Origin: Octopus sinensis
Taxonomy: Eukaryota
NCBI RefSeq assembly: GCF_006345805.1
Contig: NW_021835995.1
Span: 158,795 to 222,794, forward strand
Reading direction: 5' to 3'
DNA: 64,000 nt
In this document: positions 23,790 through 34,949 of the stretch, one piece after another
Numbering within the stretch: the first letter of the stretch is position 1
Layout: each line of letters opens with the position of its first letter
Position numbers and translations under genes: made by a program
The notes under the pieces: model-generated
Seen by the model: the letters and a program-made list of their open reading frames with translations, nothing else
What the model was told of the DNA's origin: nothing
The model's database searches: none

Positions 23790-25129
23790 AACAACAAACA
23801 AGATGAGGACAAATATCCATCAAATGTAAATAATGTACATGAAGAACAGTTAAAGATATGAAAACAGCAGATCCATTAAAGATTGTCCTTGAGATATTTA
23901 AGACATTTTATGAAGTATGGCACATACTAGTCACCCAAATAATCAACCAGGGAGCAGAGAAATGACTGATAGTAGACAAATGCTATATGGGCAAAGAAGA
24001 TGCACTAAAGAGGAATCAAATTACGAAAGTGTTGGTACCACATAAAAAGTACCCATGCTGGAGTCACATAGAAAGCACCTGTGCTGGTGTCACATTAAAA
24101 AGCACTTATGCTGGTGCCACATAAAAGAGCGCCTGTGTTGGTGCCATGTGAAAGGCACCCAGTATACTCTATAAAGTGGTTTGCATTGGAAACCTTACCA
24201 AAACAGACAACTGGAGCATAGTGCAGCTTTCCAGTTTGCCAGCGCCTGTCAAACCCTCTAATTCATGCCAGCATGGAAAACAGACGTAAATGATGATGAT
24301 GATGATGATGATATAAAGAGTTATTGCAAAATTAGTTAGGATCAAAATTAGTCTGGACGAGATCCAGTTCAGCTTTGTGCCGGGAAGAGAAACCTGAACC
24401 ATCAATTCCTAGTGAAACAACTAGTGAGAGTTAGCTTCAAATAAACCTCTATACTTGGCATTTGTCAACCTCCAAGCAGGCTTTTAACATGGTCTCTGAT
24501 CTGTAATCTAGAGACCCCGAGAAGGCTACAAGTGGACCAATGGCTTAAGAAAGGCTGCACATGCCATGTACAGAAGTGCAATCAGGGAAGTAAGGGCAAC
24601 AATGAGTTCAGGGGAAAATTTAGTGTGCAGGTATTTAATTGTAATTCAATAGATCATGTTATCAGAAGGGGTAATTCTGTTTTGATTTGTACACAAGCAA
24701 TCCCACCTCTGTCAAATTTAAGACTAAGAATATGATTTTAATGATTGTACGTATGTATTTTGCCCCAAACTATCCATAACACAAATGGAAGTTGGGTCTG
24801 AATTCTTTAAGCCCAAAGCACTTCACATGTTGAATGAACTAGCTTAGTCTGAAGAAACTACCGTGTGTACCTGTCATTTTGAAACTTTTAGTACTATGAA
24901 CTGACTATCCACTAGAGAGAGAGAGAGACAGACAGAGATAGAGACAGACAGAGAGACAGAGAAACAGAGCATACAGGATAAGGGGCTAAATACTTGTGAT
25001 GCTGAGATACCTACTGATGATATGGAAGTGCTTCTGACATTGTAAAAGATTCAGAAAACCTTGCAATACTTGAGTGTAGCCCCAGCAGTTTCTGCTGCAT
25101 AGAACAATGCATCTCCCATGTTTATCTCA

Positions 25130-25186
<57 letters not shown>

Positions 25187-25459
25187 CTTGGAAATGGATG
25201 CATGGCGTTCGATCATATAACAACGTAAATAATATATAAACATATGAATATATACATACATATATGTACATACCTACATCTATATGTATATATACATGTG
25301 TATGAGTACAGGACACCAAAAAAAATGTTGAACACAATGAGAAACGAAAACATAAAAACAAAAACATGGAAACGAACATTTTTTCAAACAACGAAAAAAC
25401 AGAGTACAAGACATACAACACAAGGAATATTCCCCTTCTTCAGTTGTCCCTTCTTTCCT

Positions 25460-26470
25460 ATGTTTTAAATTTTTGGTCTTCACCAAGTTTACCCTGAGGC
25501 CCTTCAATTCCAGCTTATGCTTCCACATTTGAAATTTTATTCTCTGAGTTTTCTATTTATTCTATTATAAGTTATTAGCATATAGGAATTCCCATGGACA
25601 GCCAGTCTTAAAATCATCTTGGATTTTAAAAAGAGGGGCTGAGAACTGAACCTTGGTGAACATCTACCTACATGCTAAATTCCTTACTGAACATACTGTC
25701 AGCCCTCACTTTGCTGACAGCAGCTCCGTACATGGCTGGCACATCTCTCACAAGCATTTATCTACAACTAATTCTTTGAAAGACATCCAGACTACAGATC
25801 AAGGTACCCTATCAAAAGCCTTCTCCAGATCAACAAATACTGAGTAAAGAGGCTTACATTCAGCTAAAAATTTATTTTGCAGTTTCTTCCTATGAAGAGA
25901 GTAACAGCTGCACTCCAGCCAGGTACACAAATACAAATTTTATCCCATACAAACTGATTGTTTCCCTAATCAATGGTGTTAATTCACTTCCTGTTATTTT
26001 CATAATGTTGTCCATCTGTCGGATTTTTCTGCAATTGCTTCCTAACAAACCATTTTCTTTGCCCTTGTAGCAGATCATGATTATACTGCTATGCCAATCA
26101 TTTGATAAGACACATCTCTGTATTACCTGACTTATTATGCAAATGAGCCCTACTTAACCAAATACCTTCCGCAATTCAGGGACTTTACATAATGGACCTG
26201 CTGCTTTCCTTGTCTTCACATCTTCAATGGCTGTTTTGACCATATAATTGTTCACTACAATAGCTGGTCCCTTTTGGGACCAGTATAACTATCTTCTCTT
26301 CCCACATAATTTCCACATTCAGCAGCCTTTCATAATTGTTTTCATGCCACTTATTTGTGTAAGCCATTTATAGACCACACAAACACAAAGTCCAAGGATG
26401 TAATTTTTTGGTACACTAAGAATTCCATTCCATATTATTATACAAAGAATTTCAGTTTGTAAGAATGATT
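25460..26470 (-). mobile_element. Old degenerate RTE LINE RT region
   Basis: YERLLNVE, KAAGP, ICYKGK, FVDLEKAFDRVP, QGSVLSPL and WKHKLELKGLRVNLVKTK remnants. Confidence 0.8.
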
Positions 26471-26549
26471 TCCTTTAAGGAAAGCTGTCCACTTCTATAT
26501 ACTCAGCTATTTGCAGGAGTGCTGACTGACAATCCGCTCAAATTCAACC

Positions 26550-26872
26550 CCCTTGTATATGCTATATATATATATATATGTACATATATATACATATATA
26601 TATATGTACATATATATATATATGTACATATATATATATATGATGATGATGATGTGATATATGTACATATATATATATATGATGATGATGATGTGATATA
26701 TGTACATATATATATATATGTACATATATATATATATATATATATGTACATATATATAATATATATATATAGATATGTAATTATATATATATAATATATG
26801 TACATATATATATATATATATATATGTACATATATATATATATATATAGATATATATATATATATATTATAT

Positions 26873-26914
<42 letters not shown>

Positions 26915-27197
26915 TATTATATATATCTAATATGTACATATATATATATATATATATATGTACATATTATATATATATATATAATATATATATATATATA
27001 TAATTATATATATATTATATATATATAATATATATATATATATATGTACATATATATATATATAACATATATTATATATATATACATATAATATTACATA
27101 TATATATATACATATATATATCTATATATAGATATATATATATAATATAGTACATATATATATATATATGTACATATATATATACTATATATATATG

Positions 27198-27244
<47 letters not shown>

Positions 27245-27306
27245 TAGATATATATATATATATATATAGATATATATATATATACATATATATATGTACA
27301 TATATC

Positions 27307-27338
<32 letters not shown>

Positions 27339-27412
27339 TATATATATAATAGATATATATATATATATATATATATGAATATATATAGTATATATATATA
27401 TATATATATATA

Positions 27413-27444
<32 letters not shown>

Positions 27445-27500
27445 GATGTACATATATATATATATATATATATAGATATAGTATGTACATATATATATAT

Positions 27501-27554
<54 letters not shown>

Positions 27555-27626
27555 ATATAATAGATATATATATATATATATATGTACATATATATATAGA
27601 TATATGTACATATATATATATATATA

Positions 27627-27676
<50 letters not shown>

Positions 27677-27849
27677 TAGAGATATATATATATATATCTA
27701 TGATATATATATATATACATAGATATATGTACATATATATATATATAGATATATATATATATATATATATATGTACAGATAATATATCTATATATATATA
27801 TATATATATGGTACATATATATATAGATATATATATATATATATATATA

Positions 27850-27898
<49 letters not shown>

Positions 27899-28171
27899 GT
27901 ACATATATTATATATATATAATAATATATATATATGGACTATATAATATATAGATATATATATATGTACTATATATATATATATATATATCTATATATAC
28001 ATTATATATATATATATATATCATATATATGTACATATAATATATATATATATTATTATATATATTTATTATATTATATATATCTATATTATATTATATG
28101 TACAATATATCTATATATATATATATATATAATATATATATATATATATGTAATATATATATATATATATA

Positions 28172-28210
<39 letters not shown>

Positions 28211-28240
28211 CTATATATATATATATATATATATATGTAC

Positions 28241-28271
<31 letters not shown>

Positions 28272-28496
28272 GGACATATATATATATATATAGTACATAT
28301 ATATATATATAATATATATATTATATATATATATAATATATGTACATATATATATATATATAATATATATCTATAATATATATATATATATATGTACATA
28401 TCTAATATAATAATATATTATATATATATATATCTTATATGTACAATATATAATATAAGATATCTATATATATATATATATGTACATATTATATTA

Positions 28497-28528
<32 letters not shown>

Positions 28529-28531
28529 CTA

Positions 28532-28571
<40 letters not shown>

Positions 28572-28601
28572 TATATAGATATATATATATATATATGTAC
28601 A

Positions 28602-28633
<32 letters not shown>

Positions 28634-28661
28634 CTATATATGTACATATTATATATATTAG

Positions 28662-28692
<31 letters not shown>

Positions 28693-28760
28693 GATATATA
28701 TATATATGTATCTAGATATACATATATATACATATATATATATATACATATATAAATAAA
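26550..28760. repeat. ~2.2-kb degenerate (TA)n array with interspersed GTAC/AGAT variants
   Basis: Direct inspection; source of the YI-repeat ORFs. Confidence 0.95.
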
Positions 28761-28835
28761 TAAATGGAGTTAAATGCACGTGTTATTCAAATTCTTTCAC
28801 TTCCAACACATACACACACACAAATATATATATGT

Positions 28836-29224
28836 AATGGCATTCAAGTTACCCCAACCGCAGAACGGGGCGCCACTGCATGGTGCCAAAGATTCCAACA
28901 TCACCATCAAAATACAGGTCCAGATACTGCAACAGCTTGGGTTCAGAGGACCACAGCTCTTTAACATCCTCCCTAAATGCCTGAGAGACTTACATGGTGT
29001 GGAGTGGGTTTCGTTAAAACTAAACTGGATCTCTTCTTGTCGGGAGTCCCAGATGAACCTACCTCACGACAGGAGACGCAGATGCGGGCAGCAGCATCGA
29101 ACTCCCTTGTTGATCAAGTGCCACGTATCAGAGGTGGATTCACATATTAGTGTAGCTCATTCAGCGGTGGTGCCCCAGCATGGCCGCGGCCTTCGGGCTA
29201 AAACATTTTTAAGGATTTAAGGAT
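28836..29224 (+). mobile_element. 3' end of a CR1/L2-group LINE (family 2)
   Basis: RTGRHCMVP...NSLGFRGPQLFNILPKCLRDLHG...KLDLFLSGVPDEP...RAAASNSLVDQ; 3' end GGTGCCCCAGCATGGCCGCGGCCTTCGGGCTAAAAC. Confidence 0.85.
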
Positions 29225-29526
29225 ATATATAAGAATTTATTTGCATATTTAGCAATTTTGATTGCTAAATCAAGAGTTGCATGGTGACTGTCAACTTATT
29301 GAAGTCTCCATCAATTTCAATGTGGGACAAAGTGTATAACATGCATAATTATGAAATTTCTCTATCAGATATCATCTGCTGTTTGCTATCATAGTGTGTG
29401 CATGCTTGATGCTTACTGACTTCTTGTACCAGGATTTTTTTCAATCACACTACCCTATAAACTACGTGTGCGCATGGAGTGTATGTGTGTGTGTATGTAT
29501 GTGTATATATAGTATATATATATATA

Positions 29527-29746
29527 TTTCTTTATTACCCACAAGGGGCTAAACATAGAGGGGACAAACAAGGACAGACAAACGGATTAAGTTAATTACA
29601 TCAACCCCAGTGCGTAACTGGTACTTAATTTATCGACCCCGAAAGGATGAAAGGCAAAGTCAACCTCGGCGGAATTTGAACTCAGAACATAACAGCAGAC
29701 GAAATACGGCTACGCATTTCGCCCGTTTCTGCCAGCTCGCCGCCTT
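29527..29746 (-). mobile_element. SINE family A with Tx1-like tail
   Basis: AAGGCGGCGAGCTGGCAGAA head; tail ...TTAGCCCCTTGTGGGTAATAAAGAAA then (TA)n. Confidence 0.9.
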
Positions 29747-29765
29747 AAATATATATATATATATG

Positions 29766-30840
29766 TTTCTTTATTAGCCACACAGAGCTGCACACAGATG
29801 GGACAGATTACAAAGTGGAGCTTTTCTTTTGGGGGAGAAAAAAAAAGTGGGGTAGGTTTTCGATCAAAAGGGATCGTAAAAGGGAAAGAAAAACAAGAAA
29901 AAAAATAAAGGAAAAAAAAGAAAAAAGCGATCAATAGGGATCGTGTATCACAGAAATGTCATGATGTAAAGTGTAAAGGGGGAAGCAAATAAGGTTTATT
30001 CGTGGAAGAAAAGCCTACGGAAAAGACCACGGTAACCTCGGTCAATATTGTTACATGTTACCACATTTGTTTGCAAGTAGGTAGCCCTCTGTATTAAACT
30101 TTTCCGGGTTCATAGGATTATGCTCAAGGTGGCTTCATCATTCATACGTGCCATCCTTGCTACATTCACCCATCTTTTTTGGAAACATTCGCTAGACAAA
30201 ACTTGCCTCTCTACTCTCACTTTCCTTTTCAAGTGATACTTGAAGAAGTTGATGAGAGATTGACCAGAGAGGAAAGTGTTTGTCTCCAGTCCTTTCAGAC
30301 GCGTCCACCAGATACATTCTTTCGCCATAGCCACAAGAATGATAAAAATAGCTCTTCTTTCCCGTTTAAAGGAAGAAGGCATGACAATATTGACGATAGA
30401 CTCGGCTGATAAACCGACTCATCCCACATGTGACAGCAGTCGTTCGACATAAGCCCACAGGTCGGAAATAGTTGGACACTGCACGAGTGCGTGCAGAACG
30501 GTTTCGTCGCTCTGACCGCATCTCAGGCAGGTCGGCCCCGTGTTTCTCGAGCTGTGTCTGTAGAGCTTAACCCAAACGGGTAGCGCTTCTCAGAAGCACT
30601 GCCAGGCCAGGGATCTCTGAACAGGGGGTCAGGTATTCCTCGTCGACGTCCAGGTTCGCCCCGAGATCGTCGTCGTACCTCCCTTCCACTAATCCCCTAT
30701 AGAATGCTTCAGTTGTGTTGAAGTCACTCAAGGTCGACCCGGGACGGCATAGTTGCTTGAGAACAACGCGACATTCGCGGTGCCATTCACCCTTCCTCGG
30801 TCTCTTTTTGATCCACGACTGCAGTTCGGTCATGGAGACA
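29766..30840 (-). mobile_element. 5'-truncated Tx1/L1-clade LINE (zf-RVT and C-terminus, 3'UTR)
   Basis: KLYRH...TCLRCGQSDETVLHALVQCPTISDLW (CCHC knuckle) and AMAKECIWWTR...LINFFKYHLKRKVRVER..F.KRWVNVARM; ends AATAAAGAAAC-(AT)n. Confidence 0.88.
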
Positions 30841-31279
30841 AGTATATAATATTAATATATAATATATTGTGGGTGGGTGGATGGATGGATGGATGGATAG
30901 TCAGACAGATAGACAGTGAGACAGACAGATAGAGATAGAGAGAGACGGACAGACAGACACAGTTAGATAGACACATAGATAGATAGATCATACACACACA
31001 TTTAAGTTTTCGTACAGCAGGTTTCCCAGTATATTTTTCATTACTTTTTTCTTTACAACGACATTTGTCTGGCAGATTAGAAAGTCACACTAACCATCTG
31101 TGCTCTTTTTTCTCTGTGGAAAGGTGCACAAATTATTTTTTTAAGATACAAAAGTGTAAATGAATTGCTTAATTATTCCAAATACCAGACGGTATTCGTA
31201 ATGTACAATCCTGGGCTGCGGCGAGGCTGGAGCACCGTCTTGAAAACAAAATTGGTAAAATAACCCCAGTACTTATTCT

Positions 31280-31374
31280 GGCGAAAGTAAAGATACGCAC
31301 ACCGGGTGTTTAGGGTAAGGGTTAGGGCTTTTGTTACGCCGAAACGGGTGGTATGCGTATTCTTTACCTCCGCC
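31280..31374. mobile_element. 95-bp MITE, Merlin-like (GG termini, 8-bp TSD), inserted in a SINE-B tail
   Basis: TIRs GGCGAAAGTAAAGATACGCACACC versus RC GGCGGAGGTAAAGAATACGCATACC; TSD CTTATTCT / TTTATTCT; core contains TTAGGGTAAGGGTTAGGG. Confidence 0.6.
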
Positions 31375-32368
31375 TTTATTCTATTGGTCTCTTCTACAAA
31401 ATAGCTAAGTTACAAAGATGTAAACAAACCAACATCGGTTGTCACGCGGAGGTAGGGGAGACATACCACCCACAAATGTGACGAGCTTCTACAGTTTCCG
31501 TCTACCGTTCACTCACCGGGCAATGGTTATTTCACGGCTATTGTAGAAATCATCAAGGTGTCGCCCACACAATGAGACTAAACCTGAAACCACTGCTTCC
31601 TGAGCAAGTTTCTAAACCACATAGATATGCCTGCTCCTATAATCAACAAAAGTTACAAATGTATAACAGAACTTCTTCCTTTTTTTTTATGTTCATCATA
31701 AGGTTTCACAAACCAATGTGTTTCTCACAGACACGTCTCGGCTTTATTAAACGAAGGTTGTGACATTCATGCCCTTCCGTAGGTCTATAAAAACAATATT
31801 TAATCGTTGTTTTAGTCCTGTGACTGCAGAGCCAAGGAGGGAAATGGAATTATTTGACGAAGTACCTCCTAAAAAAATTTTTCGAGAAGATTAGCCCCCC
31901 CCCCACCACTACCCCGATAGGCCGAAAGCAGTCCCCTTGCAAAATTTCTCTTGGCGGTCCATGCCCTTTCAGAGAATATTGTAGAAGTCAAGCAAACAAA
32001 AAGAGACTAAAAATCGCAATCAAATCTGGAGCCAACGTGGGAGCCTCTTCGCTGTTACTTCGCTTGCTAGAAAAAGCAGCTAAATCGTCTTCAAATCACA
32101 GTTCCTGATATACATAACAACAGCGAAGTTGTGAAGGAAAAGGGCTCTGAATTAGAGGGGTAAATAAAGGTTAATTTTATAAAAGTCTTTCAGAATCTTA
32201 ATTCCTGTCGTATGAATCAAAGATATTTGGAGAGAAAAAAAAAGGGTGTGGGCAATTCCTGTCCTTTTCCTTCTCCATGAAGTAGATGAAGCAGTTCTAA
32301 AACTCTACCAAAAAGACAATATATAAGTTGTTCCATCAACGAACGAGGTTAAATAATAGACAAATTAC

Positions 32369-32548
32369 CCACAAATCTGAACTAATGGGATCTTGTAGAA
32401 AATTCCGTCCTTCAAACAGAAAAGATCCAACTAATGTCTTAAGAAAAAACAACGCCGCATTCAGGGATATAGTCCGAGCGACAATGTCTAGAAGACAAAT
32501 AAATAAAAAAATAGTCAGGAACGTAACAACTAGGGTACTTTTAATCAT
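32369..32548 (-). CDS. Candidate first coding exon of an unknown membrane/secreted protein (MIKSTLVVTFLTIFLFICLLDIVARTISLNAALFFLKTLVGSFLFEGRNFLQDPISSDLW)
   Basis: Acceptor ...CTAATAATAGTATTTAACCCTAG| at 32574, ATG 26 nt later, hydrophobic N-terminus, G|GTAATT donor at 32368. No family recognised. Confidence 0.4.
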
Positions 32549-33165
32549 GATGAGTTTACTTAATCAGACTATACCTAGGGTTAAATACTATTATTAGGGA
32601 GGCAAAAAATGAAATGGTTCCGTCCGGGCAAGTTGACCGGGGCGCAGCAGACTTCTGTCGCAAAGACTACTTTTACCATTATGTATGGATATTAGTTACC
32701 GCGATAATGAGAAGGAGAAAAAATAAACGTAACGACAGAGCAATTAGTTTGAAATGGAAGATAATTTACTATTTGGGAAGTGGACTGTACTTTATATTTC
32801 ATTTTGCCTCTTTAGGCTGCTGTTATTTCGTCGCCTTGGTAACCAAGGTAGTCAGGGAGGGAGCTGAACAGATTGTCTGTGTGTGTGTGGTGTGTGTGTG
32901 TGTGCGTGTGTGTGCGCGTACACACATGTATGTATGTATGTACACCACTCCTTTATTCGTCTGTTTATTTATTGTTTATAGACAAATAAATGAGCAGCAG
33001 CTTCTCGGATTTGAGTGTATGTATGACTTTTATGCATAGACAGACAGATAGATTGATAAATAGATAGATATATTCACACATACACATTATATCAACTCGC
33101 AAAATTGAATTGAGTTAGTCTGTCGGTGTGTTTATATATATATATATATATATATGGCGATCGCC

Positions 33166-33241
<76 letters not shown>

Positions 33242-33642
33242 ATGTATATATATAAAAGATCGCCATCACAGCAAGGAAAGAAAGAAGACAGAGGGACAGA
33301 AAAGAGATATTCACACACAGAAAGAAGAAGAAAAAAGTGGAGAAAAAGGACATGAAATAGTATAGTGAAGAGAAGAAGAAGAAGAAGAAGAAGAAGAAGA
33401 AGAAGAAGAAGAAGAAGAAAGAAGAAGTTAATTGGAAATGTACTATTAATTGAAAATACTCTTTAGTTCGAGAAAGTCGGTAAGAGAGATTGAAGATTAA
33501 AAAATAAAGAAAACGAGAAAAGAACCAGATATGAGAGAAGACATAGGAAGTGAAACACACATACGTACATACATATGTATGTGTGTGTGTGTATATACAC
33601 ACGAACGCATACATTTATGAAGATGAAAATAGAGAGAAAAGA

Positions 33643-33708
33643 GAAGACACTGAAAGAGAAAGAGAAAGAAGCAGTGGATGTATGTGTGAAAGCAGGACAA
33701 CGTGTGTA

Positions 33709-33787
<79 letters not shown>

Positions 33788-33906
33788 GCGAGAGAAAGCG
33801 TATGAATGTGAGACAGAGAGAGAGAAAGACACTGAAAGAGAAAGAGAAAGAAGCAGTGAATGTATGTGTGAAAGCGGGGCAATGTGTGTAATATATATAT
33901 ATATAT

Positions 33907-33944
<38 letters not shown>

Positions 33945-33985
33945 ATTTGGTGCGAGAGAAAGCGTATGAATGTGAGACAGAGAGG
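33643..33985. repeat. Two-copy ~180-bp tandem duplication containing (TA)n(GA)n
   Basis: AAGACACTGAAAGAGAAAGAG...GATTTGGTGCGAGAGAAAGCGTATGAATGTGAGACAGAG occurs twice. Confidence 0.9.
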
Positions 33986-34269
33986 AGAAAGTGTGTGAGA
34001 GAATGTTTGCGTGTGTGTGTGTGTGTGTGTGTGTGAAAGAGAAAGAAATAGAAAAGAAGAAAGAGCGTGTGTGAGTAAAAACAACGCAAGACAATAAGAT
34101 GTCCTGTATTCTTTGTTGTGTGTATTTATTCTACATAGTGTACAATAACGCCATAGTCTGAATCTTGTGGATGTAACTGTATCAGGAAGAATAAATAATA
34201 AATATAAATATATTTATTTATATATTGGACACAGCAGTAGGACAAGTGCGTGCGCGGGTGCGTGTGAAA

Positions 34270-34319
34270 GTGATGCATGTGTAGACACGGATAGATAGAC
34301 AGACAGACAGACAGACAGA

Positions 34320-34351
<32 letters not shown>

Positions 34352-34456
34352 TAGATAGATAGATAGATAGACAGACATATAAATAGACAGATAGATAGAC
34401 AGACATATAAATAGACAGATAGATAGACAGATAGATAGATAGATAGATAGATAGAT

Positions 34457-34525
<69 letters not shown>

Positions 34526-34560
34526 CAGACATATAAATAGACAGATAGATAGACAGATAT

Positions 34561-34602
<42 letters not shown>

Positions 34603-34749
34603 GATAGATAGATAGATAGGCATAGATAGGTAGATAGATAGACGGACAGACATAAATAGATAGATAGACATAAATAGATAGATAGAGAGATAAACAGAGA
34701 CAGATAGATAGATAGATAAACAAACAGATAGATAGATAGATAGATAAAC

Positions 34750-34815
<66 letters not shown>

Positions 34816-34865
34816 ACAGACGTACATACACACACATACATACATTCATACATACATACATACAC
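34270..34865. repeat. (GATA)n/(GACA)n microsatellite
   Basis: Direct inspection. Confidence 0.95.
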
Positions 34866-34949
34866 GTGCGTCCACATTCTATTGATAGAATGAAGGGCTC
34901 TATCTCTCTCTTTCTCTTTCTTTCTCCCATTAAGTATTTTGGCACTTAA

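Larger units (their letters stand above)
23452..23842. mobile_element. SINE-D insertion with an inverted duplication of the hammerhead-bearing tail, 12-bp TSD
   Basis: Arms ~23487-23622 and ~23699-23840 are reverse complements; TSD AGAACAGTTAAA at 23440-23451 and 23843-23854. Confidence 0.88.
22290..24650 (+). mobile_element. Old, heavily mutated RTE LINE (APE endonuclease to RT), interrupted by later insertions
   Basis: TINIGMMKG..EIMKMLER.DICCCVQEIKWKG, GNLNG, then SLDEIQFSFVPGR and KPLYLAFVNL remnants. Confidence 0.75.

Noticed and set aside
25405-25450. CTGAAGA-AGG..CCT on the minus strand as a hammerhead
   Set aside because: The GAAA half of the core is missing.
26465-28779. Many YI-rich ORFs (also the LSIY, HT and CV ORFs elsewhere)
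   Set aside because: Translations of (TA)n, (GATA)n and (CA)n microsatellites that simply lack stop codons.
28774-29220. 148-aa ORF as a host gene
   Set aside because: It is a frameshifted LINE ORF2 C-terminus.
31310-31327. TTAGGG repeats as a telomere or healing site
   Set aside because: Only about three imperfect units, and they are internal to a MITE.
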